Shown here piece after piece: positions 46,203 to 55,881 of a stretch of 64,000 nt of DNA (positions are counted from its first letter, which is position 1; the number at the start of each line of letters is the position of its first letter). The DNA lies in the NCBI GenBank assembly GCA_963707765.1, contig CAVPQZ010000001.1, positions 1,346,689 through 1,410,688 on the forward strand, given 5' to 3'. Origin of the DNA: an uncultured Gammaproteobacteria bacterium. Its GTDB lineage: Bacteria > Pseudomonadota > Gammaproteobacteria > Steroidobacterales > Steroidobacteraceae. The notes below the pieces were generated by a model. It did not search any database. It saw only the letters and a program-made list of their open reading frames with translations, and was not told the DNA's origin. Position numbers and translations under genes: made by a program.

Positions 46203-47610
46203 GGTCGCCGATCCCGATACGGGAACCACCAGGGTTTGCGCGTCGCAATGTGTTGGAGTTGAGCCTGCGCGGGCGGCTGCCAGAACGGTCTGCCGCCGGC
46301 AAATGCCGCCAGAGGCCCGCTCGGCTCGTCGGGCATCCAAGATACCGCGTACCCGGACGATTCGACCGCCTGCTGTGCGCGCGACGGAGTGCTCGTGTAG
46401 ACGGAGGCGGAGACGCCACGGCCCTCCTCGAGCACCAGGCGCATCGCCTGCTCGGCGCTCGTCACCGGAATGATAAGCAGCACCGGTCCGAACATCCCCG
46501 CGCGCGCCGCGGCGCTGCCCGGACGCACGTCGGTGAGGATCGTCGGCTGGAAGAAGTGACCCGGCAAGCCCCAGGGCCGGAAGCATCTGCCGCCCAGCTT
46601 GAGGCGCGCGCCTTCCTTCGCCGCATGAGCCACCTGAGACTCGAGGCGATGCGCCGCCTCGAGGCTGATGAGCGGTCCAAGATCGGTATCCGGCTTCATG
46701 GGATCGCCGACCTCCAAGAAGGCGACGTATTCGTGAATTCGATCGGCAAATTCTGCGGCCCGCGATGCGTGCACGTAAATGCGCCGATCCGCTGCACCAT
46801 CCTGACCGCAGCGGCGCAATCGCTCCCACGCGACACCGGGAACGGCGAGTTCGAACTCGGCATCTTGCAGGACGATGGCCGGTCCGGCCGCAATGGCCTC
46901 GAGCCGAAGCTTCCCTGAACCCGCTTCCCGTAGGAGCTCGAGGCTTGCCCGCTGCGGCCCGGTCCAGGTAATGAGCGTCACCCGCGGGTCACCGGCCAGG
47001 GCTCGGTCGATCTCGGCGCCGCCGGTCGCCATATTGACAACGCCGGGCGGCAGGCCTTCGTAGGCCTCGGCCAGCCTCAGGTTCGACAGGGACGTTTCGG
47101 GCGGCGGTTTGCATACCACCGCGTTGCCCGCCGCCAGCGCCGGCGCGACGCTCGAGGCCATCAAGAGCAGCGGACAATGGAATGACCCGAGCGCGGCAAC
47201 CACGCCCGGCGTGCCGGCCCGAGACCCGGGGGCGGGACTCGCCTGTCCCGCATGGCCCTGGTCGGTACACCGGTCGGCCCGGCAAATTTCGAAGCACGCC
47301 GCGGCCCAGTTCACGCAGTCCATTGATTCGCTCAGCGGGCTGCCGGTCTCGCGGGTCATCAGCGCCGATAGTGCCGTGCAGTCCGCGCGGATGCGAGCGC
47401 CGACCGCCGCCAGAAGCCGGCTCTTATCCGCGGCGGGCAGCCGGTACCAGTCAGGCTGAGCGGCTTTGGCCGCGGCAAGGGCGCATCGAGCGTCGTCGAG
47501 CCCCCCTCGGACACGACTCCGACCGGCTCGCGCGTGGCGGGGTTGTCAATACGCCGCGTGGCGCCCGACCCGGCTTCGATCCATGCGCCGTTGATCAACA
47601 GGGTCTGCAT
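46181..47610 (-). pseudogene. aldehyde dehydrogenase family gene, frameshifted at a C6/G6 homopolymer (47501-47506)
   Basis: The N-terminal 35 codons (MQTLLINGAWIEAGSGATRRIDNPATREPVGVVSEG) are in one frame. The rest continues in the +1 frame (..LDDARCALAAAKAAQPDWYRLPAADKSRLL..MTRETGSPL.. to 46181). Adding one G/C to the run restores a ~476-aa ALDH. Confidence 0.7.
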
Positions 47611-47701
47611 GTCGTCCGTCGTCCAGCCGGCCCCGGTCTTGTAAATGGGCGATGTGGGATCATATTCTAGGAATGACCTCGCGGATGGGGTCAAGGAGAC
47701 G

Positions 47702-47971
47702 ATGATGGCGACGGGCTGGGCGGCCGAAGGGGCGGTGCAGGATCAGATCGATGCGACGGTCAAAGATGCGGTCGACCGCGCCAAGAGCCGGTTGCCGCAA
47801 GGTCCCGGTTTGACGCATTGCGCCGAATGCGGCGGCGAGATTCCCGAAGCCCGGCGCATTGCCGTCCCCGGCGTGCGGCTTTGTATCCAGTGCCAGGACG
47901 CCGAGGACCGGGACGCGTCGAAGTTTTCCGGCTATAACCGCCGCGGCAGCAAGGACAGTCAACTTCGCTGA
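47702..47971 (+). CDS. TraR/DksA family C4 zinc-finger protein
   Basis: AAGGAG RBS. CAECGGEIPEARRIAVPGVRLCIQCQ is an intact CxxC-x17-CxxC. Confidence 0.8.
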   Translation: MMATGWAAEGAVQDQIDATVKDAVDRAKSRLPQGPGLTHCAECGGEIPEARRIAVPGVRLCIQCQDAEDRDASKFSGYNRRGSKDSQLR

Positions 47972-47983
47972 CGCTCAGCGTAG

Positions 47984-48487
47984 TCACGGCGCGACCCCGT
48001 GGAAATCGGAGCCATTCACCAGCAGCTCCACGATCGCTTCAAGGCCGAGTCGGTCGTCGTCGTCGAAGCGCGAGGGTGAGGGGCTGTCGAGATCGAGTAC
48101 GCCCACCAGCCGCCCGGCACCGATGAGGGGCACGACGATTTCCGATCGAGACGCCGCGTCGCAGGCAATGTGCCCCGCAAATGCATGCACGTCGGGAACC
48201 ACAACCGTCTCCCGGCGCAGCGCTGCCGTACCGCAAACGCCGGTGCCGAGTCCAATTCGCACGCAGGCCACCTTTCCCTGGAACGGTCCCAGCACCAGTT
48301 CGCTGCCCTGCAGGAAGTAAAACCCCGCCCAATTCAGATCGGGCAGGGCCTGGAACAGGGCAGCGGCGGCATTGGCGCTGTTGGCGATCCCGTTGCGCTC
48401 GCCCGCGAACAGGGACGCGAGTTGAGCATGCAGGCTACGGTAGGCTGCGTGCTTCGATAGGCCGGACAGGGAGTCGAGCTGATGCAT
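47984..48487 (-). CDS. GAF domain protein (YebR/free methionine-(R)-sulfoxide reductase type)
   Basis: NWAGFYFLQGSELVLGPFQGKVACVRIGLGTGVCGTAA..VPDVHAFAGHIACDAASRSEIVVPL. Confidence 0.85.
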   Translation of the reverse strand: MHQLDSLSGLSKHAAYRSLHAQLASLFAGERNGIANSANAAAALFQALPDLNWAGFYFLQGSELVLGPFQGKVACVRIGLGTGVCGTAALRRETVVVPDVHAFAGHIACDAASRSEIVVPLIGAGRLVGVLDLDSPSPSRFDDDDRLGLEAIVELLVNGSDFHGVAP

Positions 48488-48747
48488 TCGGCGTGGCCGC
48501 TCCGGATTTCGTATAAGGTTGATTAATATTAGCGTTTAATAGCATGATTTATAGCTATTTAAAACCCCAACGTGCGTGCAGCAAAGAGGCCTTGCCGAGC
48601 TTGGAATGTCGGGGCCGCGCGTTGCGTGCGCGCATAGAGGCCATCAATCGGACTGATAGAGTTCATCGATTGACTTAACGGGGTCGGCAGGTCTAACGTC
48701 GCTGCCGGTAAATGAGTCGCAGCGTCAATATTTTGGAGGAGTGAGTC

Positions 48748-49161
48748 GTGCAATTAAAGGGTAGCAAGACCGAAAAGAATCTGAAGGACGCGTTCGCCGG
48801 CGAATCGCAGGCAAACCGTCGTTATTTGTACTTCGCGGCCAAGGCGGACGTCGAAGGATTCAATGATGTTTCGGCTGTGTTCCGTTCAACGGCAGAGGGC
48901 GAAACCGGGCATGCCCACGGTCACCTCGAGTATCTGGAAGTGGCCGGCGATCCGGCGACCGGATTGCCGATTGGCCCGACCGCGCAGAACCTCAAGGCCG
49001 CCATTGCCGGCGAGACCCATGAGTACACGGACATGTATCCCGGCATGGCCAAGCAGGCTCGCGACGAAGGGTTCAGCGAGATCGCCGATTGGTTCGAGAC
49101 TTTGGCCAAGGCGGAGCGCTCGCACGCGAACCGCTTCCAGAAGGCTCTGGATACACTGTAG
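48748..49161 (+). CDS. rubrerythrin-family diiron protein (no rubredoxin domain)
   Basis: GTG start with [34 protein letters not shown].. and [34 protein letters not shown] carry the ExxH motifs. Confidence 0.85.
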   Translation: MQLKGSKTEKNLKDAFAGESQANRRYLYFAAKADVEGFNDVSAVFRSTAEGETGHAHGHLEYLEVAGDPATGLPIGPTAQNLKAAIAGETHEYTDMYPGMAKQARDEGFSEIADWFETLAKAERSHANRFQKALDTL

Positions 49162-49247
49162 CCGAGGTCATGCCGCGCTGCCAAAGCGCGGCGCGGCAGG
49201 CGGGCTCGTGAATCCGAGCCCGCTGCCCTTTTCCCTGGGAGACACCC

Positions 49248-50597
49248 TTGTCCGACGATCCGGTGAAACCTGCCCGTGAAGGCGGCCTCGAGGCGCCGGG
49301 CCGGCACGCCCTCGGCTGGCAGGAGCCCGGGTTTTATGATGCCGAAGCGCTCGAAAAGGAGATCGAGCGGGTGTTCGACATATGCCACGGCTGTCGCCGG
49401 TGCTTCAACCTCTGCAACTCCTTTCCCACGCTGTTCGATCTGATCGATGAATCGAGCACGGGCGAACTCGACGGCGTCGACAAGCGCTCGTTTTCGAAGG
49501 TGGTCGACAATTGCTACCTTTGCGACATGTGCTACATGACCAAGTGTCCGTATGTGCCGCCGCATCCGTTCAACCTGGACTTTCCTCACCTGATGCTGCG
49601 CGCCAAGGCGGTCGAGTTTAAAAACCATGGCGCTCCGCTGCGCAACCGGATCCTGAGTTCCACGGATCTCGTGGGCAGCATTGCCGGCATACCGGTGATC
49701 GTCGATGCCGTCAACGCCGTCAATCGAAGCGCCTTGGGACGGAAGCTCCTGGATGCGGCCCTGCACGTGCATCCGGAGGCGCCCGTCCCGCCCTACACGT
49801 CGAAAACGCTGCGCAAGCAGCTCGCGCACCGTCCCGCCGCCGGCGCAGCCGCGAAGCCCGGCGAAGGAACCCTCGGCCGAGTCGCGCTGTTCGCGACCTG
49901 CTATGTCAACCGCAACGAACCGCAGATCGGGCTGGACCTCACCCGCGTATTCGAGCACAACGGCATCGAGGTCGCGCTCGCCGAGCGGGAAAACTGCTGC
50001 GGAATGCCCAAACTCGAGCTCGGCGACTTGGAATCGGTCGCGCGGCTGAAGGAAACCAACATTCCGCAGCTGCTCGCCATGATCGAGCGCGGTTACGATA
50101 TCGTCGCGCCGATCCCCTCGTGCGTGCTCATGTTCAAGCAGGAACTGCCGCTCATGTTTCCCCACGACGAAGACATCGCCAAGGTGCGGGACCACATCTT
50201 CGACCCGTTCGAATACCTCGCGTTGCGCCACAAGGCGGGACTGCTGCGCCTGGATTTTTCACGGGCGCTGGGCAAGGTGTCCTATCACGTGGCGTGCCAC
50301 CTGCGGGTTCAGAATATCGGCCTCAAGACGCGCGACGTGCTGCAGCTCATCCCGGGCACGGCTGTGGAGCCGATCGAGCGGTGCTCCGGCCACGACGGGA
50401 CCTACGGGGTCAAGCGGGAGTTTCGCGACGCGTCCATGAAGATCGGCCGGCCAGTGATGCAGCGCGTCCAGGGGGCCGGCGCGGATTTTTACGCCAGCGA
50501 TTGTCCGATGGCAGGACATCAGATCGAAAGCGGCCTCGACGGCCACCCACCGCCCACGCATCCGCTCACGCTGCTGCGGATGGCTTACGGGTTGTGA
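49248..50597 (+). CDS. (Fe-S)-binding oxidoreductase, GlpC/HdrD-like with two CCG domains
   Basis: [11 protein letters not shown] and [13 protein letters not shown] ferredoxin-type clusters. CCG-type blocks [17 protein letters not shown] and [15 protein letters not shown]. Non-ATG (TTG) start as given in the ORF track. Confidence 0.8.
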   Translation: MSDDPVKPAREGGLEAPGRHALGWQEPGFYDAEALEKEIERVFDICHGCRRCFNLCNSFPTLFDLIDESSTGELDGVDKRSFSKVVDNCYLCDMCYMTKCPYVPPHPFNLDFPHLMLRAKAVEFKNHGAPLRNRILSSTDLVGSIAGIPVIVDAVNAVNRSALGRKLLDAALHVHPEAPVPPYTSKTLRKQLAHRPAAGAAAKPGEGTLGRVALFATCYVNRNEPQIGLDLTRVFEHNGIEVALAERENCCGMPKLELGDLESVARLKETNIPQLLAMIERGYDIVAPIPSCVLMFKQELPLMFPHDEDIAKVRDHIFDPFEYLALRHKAGLLRLDFSRALGKVSYHVACHLRVQNIGLKTRDVLQLIPGTAVEPIERCSGHDGTYGVKREFRDASMKIGRPVMQRVQGAGADFYASDCPMAGHQIESGLDGHPPPTHPLTLLRMAYGL

Positions 50598-50606
50598 GGT
50601 ACCGGC

Positions 50607-51188
50607 ATGCATAAGCTCGTGCGTGGCGATCTATTGAGTCTGGAGCAATACGCGCAGGCGCGGCCGCGCATGCGCGCCGAGGTCATCGAGCACAAGAAGA
50701 GGCGCAACGTGCAGGTGGGACCCAACATGACCTGGTGCTTCGAGGATCGCCAGACGATCCGGTACCAGGTGCAGGAAATGCTGCGGGCCGAGCGGATATT
50801 CGAGGCCGAGGGGATCCAGGACGAGCTCGACACATACAATCCGCTCATTCCAGACGGCAGCAATTGGAAGGTCACGCTGCTGATCGAGTTTCCGGATCCG
50901 GAACAGCGGCGCGTGGCCCTTGAGCAAATGATCGATATCGAGGATCGCTGCTGGGTCAGGGTCGGTCCGGACCAGGTATTCGCCGTGTCGGACGAGGATC
51001 TCGAACGGGAAAATGACGAGAAGACCTCAGCAGTTCACTTCCTGCGCTTCGAACTGTCGCCGCCCATGGTGCAGGCCATCAAGGCTTCCGCGCCTATCAG
51101 TCTCGGCGTCGACCACGACGCTTACCGCCACTCGGTCGATCCTTTGCCGCCGCCCGTGCGCCAAGCGCTCGGCGCCGACCTGGACTAG
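50607..51188 (+). CDS. DUF3501 family protein
   Basis: LSLEQYAQARPRMRAEVIEHKKRRNVQVGPNMTWCFEDRQTIRYQVQEMLRAERIF..YNPLIPDGSNWKVTLLIEF. Confidence 0.8.
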   Translation: MHKLVRGDLLSLEQYAQARPRMRAEVIEHKKRRNVQVGPNMTWCFEDRQTIRYQVQEMLRAERIFEAEGIQDELDTYNPLIPDGSNWKVTLLIEFPDPEQRRVALEQMIDIEDRCWVRVGPDQVFAVSDEDLERENDEKTSAVHFLRFELSPPMVQAIKASAPISLGVDHDAYRHSVDPLPPPVRQALGADLD

Positions 51189-51228
51189 GGTCCGGTACGG
51201 CGGACCCGCGGCCGCCCCCCCGCGATCA

Positions 51229-51846
51229 CTAACGGCCATAGAGCGCGGTGAAGCTGGCCTTCGCGAGCACGTTGGCGTTGATCATGAAGCCGATCATGGC
51301 CGGGCTCGCGTCGCCCGCCACGTCGAGCTTCTCGGTCTTGAGCGCAAAAACCGTGAAGATATACCGGTGAGGTTTGTCGCCGGCGGGCGGGCACGGACCA
51401 CCGTAACCGGCCGCGCCGAAGTCCGTGCGTCCTTGCACGGCGCCCCCCGGCAGTTTGCCGTTGGCGTTGCCGGCCTTCTCGGGCAATTCGTTCACGGCCG
51501 CCGGAATGTTGAAGACCACCCAATGCCACCACCCCGACCCGGTGGGCGCGTCGGGATCGTACATGGTGACGGCGAAGCTCTTGGTGCCGGCGGGCGCACC
51601 GCTCCACCGGAGGGCGGGCGACATATTCCCACCGCTGCACCCGAACCCATCAAAGACCTGCGCATTGGGGATCTTGGCGCCCGGAGTCAACCCCGGACTT
51701 TCGAGCCTGAAAGCCCCGTCCGCCGGAGCTTCGGCCGCGTTTGACATCGCCAGTGCCGCCAGTATCGCCAAGCCACCCGACCGTATGAGCCCGGTGATTA
51801 CCATGTCCATGCCCTCCAATGTCCACATTTGCCCACTGAATGCCAC
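51229..51846 (-). CDS. YbhB/YbcL family Raf-kinase-inhibitor-like (PEBP) protein, secreted
   Basis: [60 protein letters not shown]. The start may be the internal ATG at 51810. Confidence 0.85.
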   Translation of the reverse strand: MAFSGQMWTLEGMDMVITGLIRSGGLAILAALAMSNAAEAPADGAFRLESPGLTPGAKIPNAQVFDGFGCSGGNMSPALRWSGAPAGTKSFAVTMYDPDAPTGSGWWHWVVFNIPAAVNELPEKAGNANGKLPGGAVQGRTDFGAAGYGGPCPPAGDKPHRYIFTVFALKTEKLDVAGDASPAMIGFMINANVLAKASFTALYGR

Positions 51847-51964
51847 GCCAGTTTAGCATCGCGCGGTCAATTTACCGTTCCGCGCCCCTTTCGAGTAGAG
51901 TGGCCGCTCGCCGCGGTTGGGAGCCGGATTCCTCCGCGAGGCCGCGGCTCGAAAGCCTGGGTTT

Positions 51965-52087
51965 ATGAAAAAAATCATTTGCCTGATGATGATCGCTGCC
52001 TTGGCGGGCTGTGCCGTGTGCAAGAGCACGGACAGCCCCGATGTGTGTAGAACCAAGCAGCGCGATCACTCGCAGCCGCGGATATGA
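51965..52087 (+). CDS. 40-aa putative lipoprotein, translationally coupled to the downstream sensor kinase
   Basis: MKKIICLMMIAALAGCAVCKSTDSPDVCRTKQRDHSQPRI has a textbook lipoprotein signal with an LAGC lipobox. Its TGA overlaps the kinase ATG (ATGA at 52084-52087). It is too short for the ORF track. Confidence 0.5.
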   Translation: MKKIICLMMIAALAGCAVCKSTDSPDVCRTKQRDHSQPRI

Positions 52088-54090
52088 GCGGGCCTCCGTC
52101 CGAGATGACCGCCGATGCGCCGCCAACGCGCCTCATGTGGGGGGCCGTCCTCGGCATGGCCCTATACGCCGCGCTCGTCAGCACGGTGCTCGCGCGAAAT
52201 TGGGGCACCCCGTGGCTGATATCGGTCCTGACCAACTGGTATCTGCTGCCGCCGCAAATGGTCGCCGGCGTCCTGTTGATCGGCGCGCTGCGCACCATGC
52301 GTCCGGACCGGCGCCGGCTTGCCTGGCTCATGGTTCTCGGCGCCCTCGTAGGCGACTTGGCCGCCTCGCTGCTGCTGAACTATTTGCCGAACCCGGACGC
52401 ATCCTACGACCCATGGCCCTGCGCCCTCTTCCTGGTCTGTCTTGCCTTCTGCATGGCGTCCATCGTCGCGATGTTCCTTCATGTCGGTGGGACATTCCGC
52501 TCCTGGCGCCTATGGCTGGATGCCGCCGTGCTGGCGACGGGCTTCGGCGCGATGGCGTGGCTTTATCTGCTCGGTCCGTCGATCAACCCCGGCCTGCATG
52601 GCCTGCAGTACGTTCTCGTGACGGCCTATACCTGCGAGGATGGGTTGATCGTCGTCCTCCTCGCCTTGCTGATCATCCAGATCCAGGACTGGCGTGCGCA
52701 GTGGCCGTCGCTGTTCCTGATTTCCGGCCAGGCTCTTTTCGTGATCGGCGACATCGGGTGGCTCGCGATCCAAGCGCGCGAGCAGCTTGATGCGGACTCC
52801 TGGCTCGCCGCCGGCTGTTATTGCATGGCCTATGCCTTGCTCAGCGCGGGCGCGCTGTGCGAACGCATCAACCCGGTGCTACGGGCCGCGACTGGCGCGC
52901 GCGCGGGCGGCGTGGCGGGATTCCTCCCCGCGTTGGTGGTGTTGCTCGGGATTGCCGGCGTCATTGCCGTCGATGCGAGTCCCATCGGCGTGCGAAAGGC
53001 GGTGCTGGTGGGCGCTCTGATCTGCGTCATGACGCTGTTTGCCGCGAGGCAGTTTGCGGCGCAGCACGAGATTCGGCGGCTCTACCGCAGCCTGGCATTG
53101 AGCGAAGCGGAAGCGAAATTGACCGAACTCGTTCGGCGATCTGCGGATGTATTCGGCGTAATCAACGCCTCGGGAGAGTTGGCGTACTTGAGTCCCGCCG
53201 CCGAGGAACTGCTCGGCGTTTCGCCCCCGGGACTCGTTCGCACGCCGGCGGCACGGCTGCTAGGCCCTGCGAGCGAGGAGCGTTTTGCCCCGTTTCTGCG
53301 TAATGTGGCCGAACAGCGCGCCGCGCGCGCCGAGATGGAATTGCCGATCCACCCGCCTTCAGGCAAACGGCGCGTCGTTCACGTCATCGGGAGCGATCAG
53401 CGGGACAACCCGGCAATCCGCGGCATCACGCTCACGATTCGCGACGTCACGGAACAGCGCCGACTCGAGCGGGATCTGGTCGACGTGACTACCCGCGAGC
53501 AGCAGCGCCTGTCGACCGAAATTCACGAGGGGTTGGGGCAGGAATTGATCGGCATATCCCTGATGTTGAAGGGCCTGGAGAAGGAGTCCATTCGCAACCC
53601 CGCGGCGCTGCAAGAATCCCTTGATGTGATCGGAAACCAGATCAGCCGCACCATCGGCACCGCGCGCAGCGTGGCCACGGGGCTCGCGCCGCTGCAGCTC
53701 GCCGGAGGGTCCCTGGAGGGCGCGCTCAGGCAGCTCGCCGACCGCACGCGAGATGCCTTCGGCGTGCGCGTCGACCTGCAATTCGACATGGATGGCACGC
53801 CGGTCGGGGCATCGGAAGCGGATCACGTCTATCGCATCGTGCGCGAATCGGTCAACAATGCCACCCGGCACGGCGGCTGCTCGGTGATCGAGATCGAGCT
53901 GCGCGTCACGGAGAACAAGCTGTCGCTGTCGATTTCCGACGACGGCTTGGGATACCAGCGCGGCACGCTGGTCGGCTCGGACATCGGCCTGCGGATGATC
54001 AACCATCGCGCCCGCATGATGGGTGGGGAGATGCATTTGGAGACTCCGCGGCGGGGCGGGTCCCGCGTGGTCGTGACCACGCGCTTGTAG
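52084..54090 (+). CDS. multi-pass membrane sensor histidine kinase (PAS + HisKA_3 + HATPase_c; NarL/LuxR-partner type)
   Basis: About 8 N-terminal TM helices, a PAS domain (VFGVINASGELAYLSPAAEELLG), an H-box (RLSTEIHEGLGQELIGISL) and HATPase (ESVNNATRHG..ISDDGLGY). There is no adjacent response regulator. Confidence 0.85.
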   Translation: MSGPPSEMTADAPPTRLMWGAVLGMALYAALVSTVLARNWGTPWLISVLTNWYLLPPQMVAGVLLIGALRTMRPDRRRLAWLMVLGALVGDLAASLLLNYLPNPDASYDPWPCALFLVCLAFCMASIVAMFLHVGGTFRSWRLWLDAAVLATGFGAMAWLYLLGPSINPGLHGLQYVLVTAYTCEDGLIVVLLALLIIQIQDWRAQWPSLFLISGQALFVIGDIGWLAIQAREQLDADSWLAAGCYCMAYALLSAGALCERINPVLRAATGARAGGVAGFLPALVVLLGIAGVIAVDASPIGVRKAVLVGALICVMTLFAARQFAAQHEIRRLYRSLALSEAEAKLTELVRRSADVFGVINASGELAYLSPAAEELLGVSPPGLVRTPAARLLGPASEERFAPFLRNVAEQRAARAEMELPIHPPSGKRRVVHVIGSDQRDNPAIRGITLTIRDVTEQRRLERDLVDVTTREQQRLSTEIHEGLGQELIGISLMLKGLEKESIRNPAALQESLDVIGNQISRTIGTARSVATGLAPLQLAGGSLEGALRQLADRTRDAFGVRVDLQFDMDGTPVGASEADHVYRIVRESVNNATRHGGCSVIEIELRVTENKLSLSISDDGLGYQRGTLVGSDIGLRMINHRARMMGGEMHLETPRRGGSRVVVTTRL

Positions 54091-54101
54091 CCTCCCGGCC
54101 C

Positions 54102-55778
54102 TCAGGGATTGGCGAGGTTGCCGTTGCGGCGTATGAAGGCCGCGACGTTGTCGTGCAGGGCCCTGAGGGAGGAATCCTTCGCGTAGACCATGTGCCCTGA
54201 ATCGTAGAATTTGTATTCGATGTTGCCCTGCAGGGCGACGGGCATCGCCAGATGGTGCATTTCGTAGATGCCCTGGTAGAACGGCGTCGCCAGATCGAAA
54301 TACCCCATATTCAACTGGATCTTGAGATTGGGGTTGATCTTCATGGCATTGGCGAGATCCGGCATGACATTGCAGCCCTGTTCGGAGGACACCGGCGGCT
54401 GGCTCTGGCCCGGCAACTGGTGCAGGGTGCTCCACTGGCGGTAGATGGCGATGCTCGGCTTGAAGCTCTTGTCCTCGCCGTAGTGCAATTCCCGGCGCGC
54501 GTAGTCGTTGAATGCCGAGACGTAGGCGGAGCTCAACGCCGTGGACTGTGGATCGTAGTTCGCGCGCTGGCTCAGTGGATCGAGATCGGGGCCGGCGAAG
54601 CGGCTGTCCAGGCGCCCCGTGGTCATGTTGTCGTCGCCCTCCAGCGTCTGGCGGAATTCCCCGCTGTCGATGCGCAGTTCCGCCTTTAGTATGTAATTCA
54701 CGGGAAGCCCGGTGTACTCGCGCAGCTTCGCCGCCACGTCGTTGCGATCGGCCGCACTCAGGTCGGAGCCCGCCGCGAGCGCGTGCGCGTAGTCTCCCAC
54801 GGCGAACCGCTCGACCTCCGCGAGCAGCGCCTCCAGGTTCCCATGGTCGGCAGGCAGCTTATGGTGATACCAGGCGGTGGCGGCGTAGGTGGGCAGCACC
54901 AACTGGTACGGCAGGTCGACGCCCGGATTGGCGGTCGGCTGATCCGGGCTCAGATCGAAATTGAGGATTTGCGAGAGCAGGATCACGCCGTTGAAATCGA
55001 TCTTGCGGTCCGCCTGCAGCTGGTTGACGAGCACCGCGGACCGCGTGGTTCCGTAGCTCTCGCCGAACAAGAATTTCGGCGAATTCCAGCGTCCGTACCG
55101 GGTCAGGAACTGGGAGATGAACTCGGCGAACGCGTAGGCGTCCTGATCGACGCCGTAAAAGGCCTTCTCCTTGTCCTTGCCGGCGATGCGGCTGAAGCCC
55201 GTGCCGGGAGCGTCGATGAATACGAGGTCGGTGGCATCGAGCAGGCTGGAGCCATTGTCGACCAGGGAATAAGGCGCGGACGGGGTATGGCCGTCCGTCG
55301 CCGTGACGACGCGCCGCGGTCCGAAGGCTCCGAGATGCAGCCACATGCTCGATGAACCTGGTCCTCCGTTGTACAGGAACGTCACGGGCCGGACGCCGCC
55401 GCCGTTCTTGCCATCGCCGTTCTTGAAATAGGCCGCGTAGAACATCGACGCCTCGGCTGTGGGATTCTTGCCCTCGCCTTCCGCCGGGGCGGCGCCGTCC
55501 TTGTCGGCCTTCGGGTCCCGCGGAACATCGTCCCAGCCCTTGGGGTGCACGACGAGGGTGCCGGCGACGGCCTGATACGTGATCGATTTCCCGCCCACCG
55601 CGACGGTTCCCGTGGTGACCTGTGTCTCGGGCTTGAACGGCTCGAACTGGCCGGATTCGCCCTTGTCGGCGTCCGACGCGGCCTCCTTCGCGGGCCCCGC
55701 CTGCGCCATGGCCAGCGCACACGCCGCGGCCCCGATCCACAATCTGCATCCCCGCATGACCCACCCCACAGGCGACAA
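54102..55778 (-). CDS. S10 family serine carboxypeptidase-like peptidase, secreted
   Basis: LYNGGPGSSSMWLHLGAFGP, VFIDAPGTGFSR, LFGESYGTTRS (catalytic Ser) and ..FYDSGHMVY (His). Confidence 0.85.
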   Translation of the reverse strand: MSPVGWVMRGCRLWIGAAACALAMAQAGPAKEAASDADKGESGQFEPFKPETQVTTGTVAVGGKSITYQAVAGTLVVHPKGWDDVPRDPKADKDGAAPAEGEGKNPTAEASMFYAAYFKNGDGKNGGGVRPVTFLYNGGPGSSSMWLHLGAFGPRRVVTATDGHTPSAPYSLVDNGSSLLDATDLVFIDAPGTGFSRIAGKDKEKAFYGVDQDAYAFAEFISQFLTRYGRWNSPKFLFGESYGTTRSAVLVNQLQADRKIDFNGVILLSQILNFDLSPDQPTANPGVDLPYQLVLPTYAATAWYHHKLPADHGNLEALLAEVERFAVGDYAHALAAGSDLSAADRNDVAAKLREYTGLPVNYILKAELRIDSGEFRQTLEGDDNMTTGRLDSRFAGPDLDPLSQRANYDPQSTALSSAYVSAFNDYARRELHYGEDKSFKPSIAIYRQWSTLHQLPGQSQPPVSSEQGCNVMPDLANAMKINPNLKIQLNMGYFDLATPFYQGIYEMHHLAMPVALQGNIEYKFYDSGHMVYAKDSSLRALHDNVAAFIRRNGNLANP

Positions 55779-55881
55779 CAGCGCCTGTTATTATACTCGC
55801 CGCCTCTTCGCAAAGGCGCGCCGTCCTGTCCGACGGGCTGTCTTTCGCACAGGGAATGCTCGAACGTCCGCAGGTACCTGA

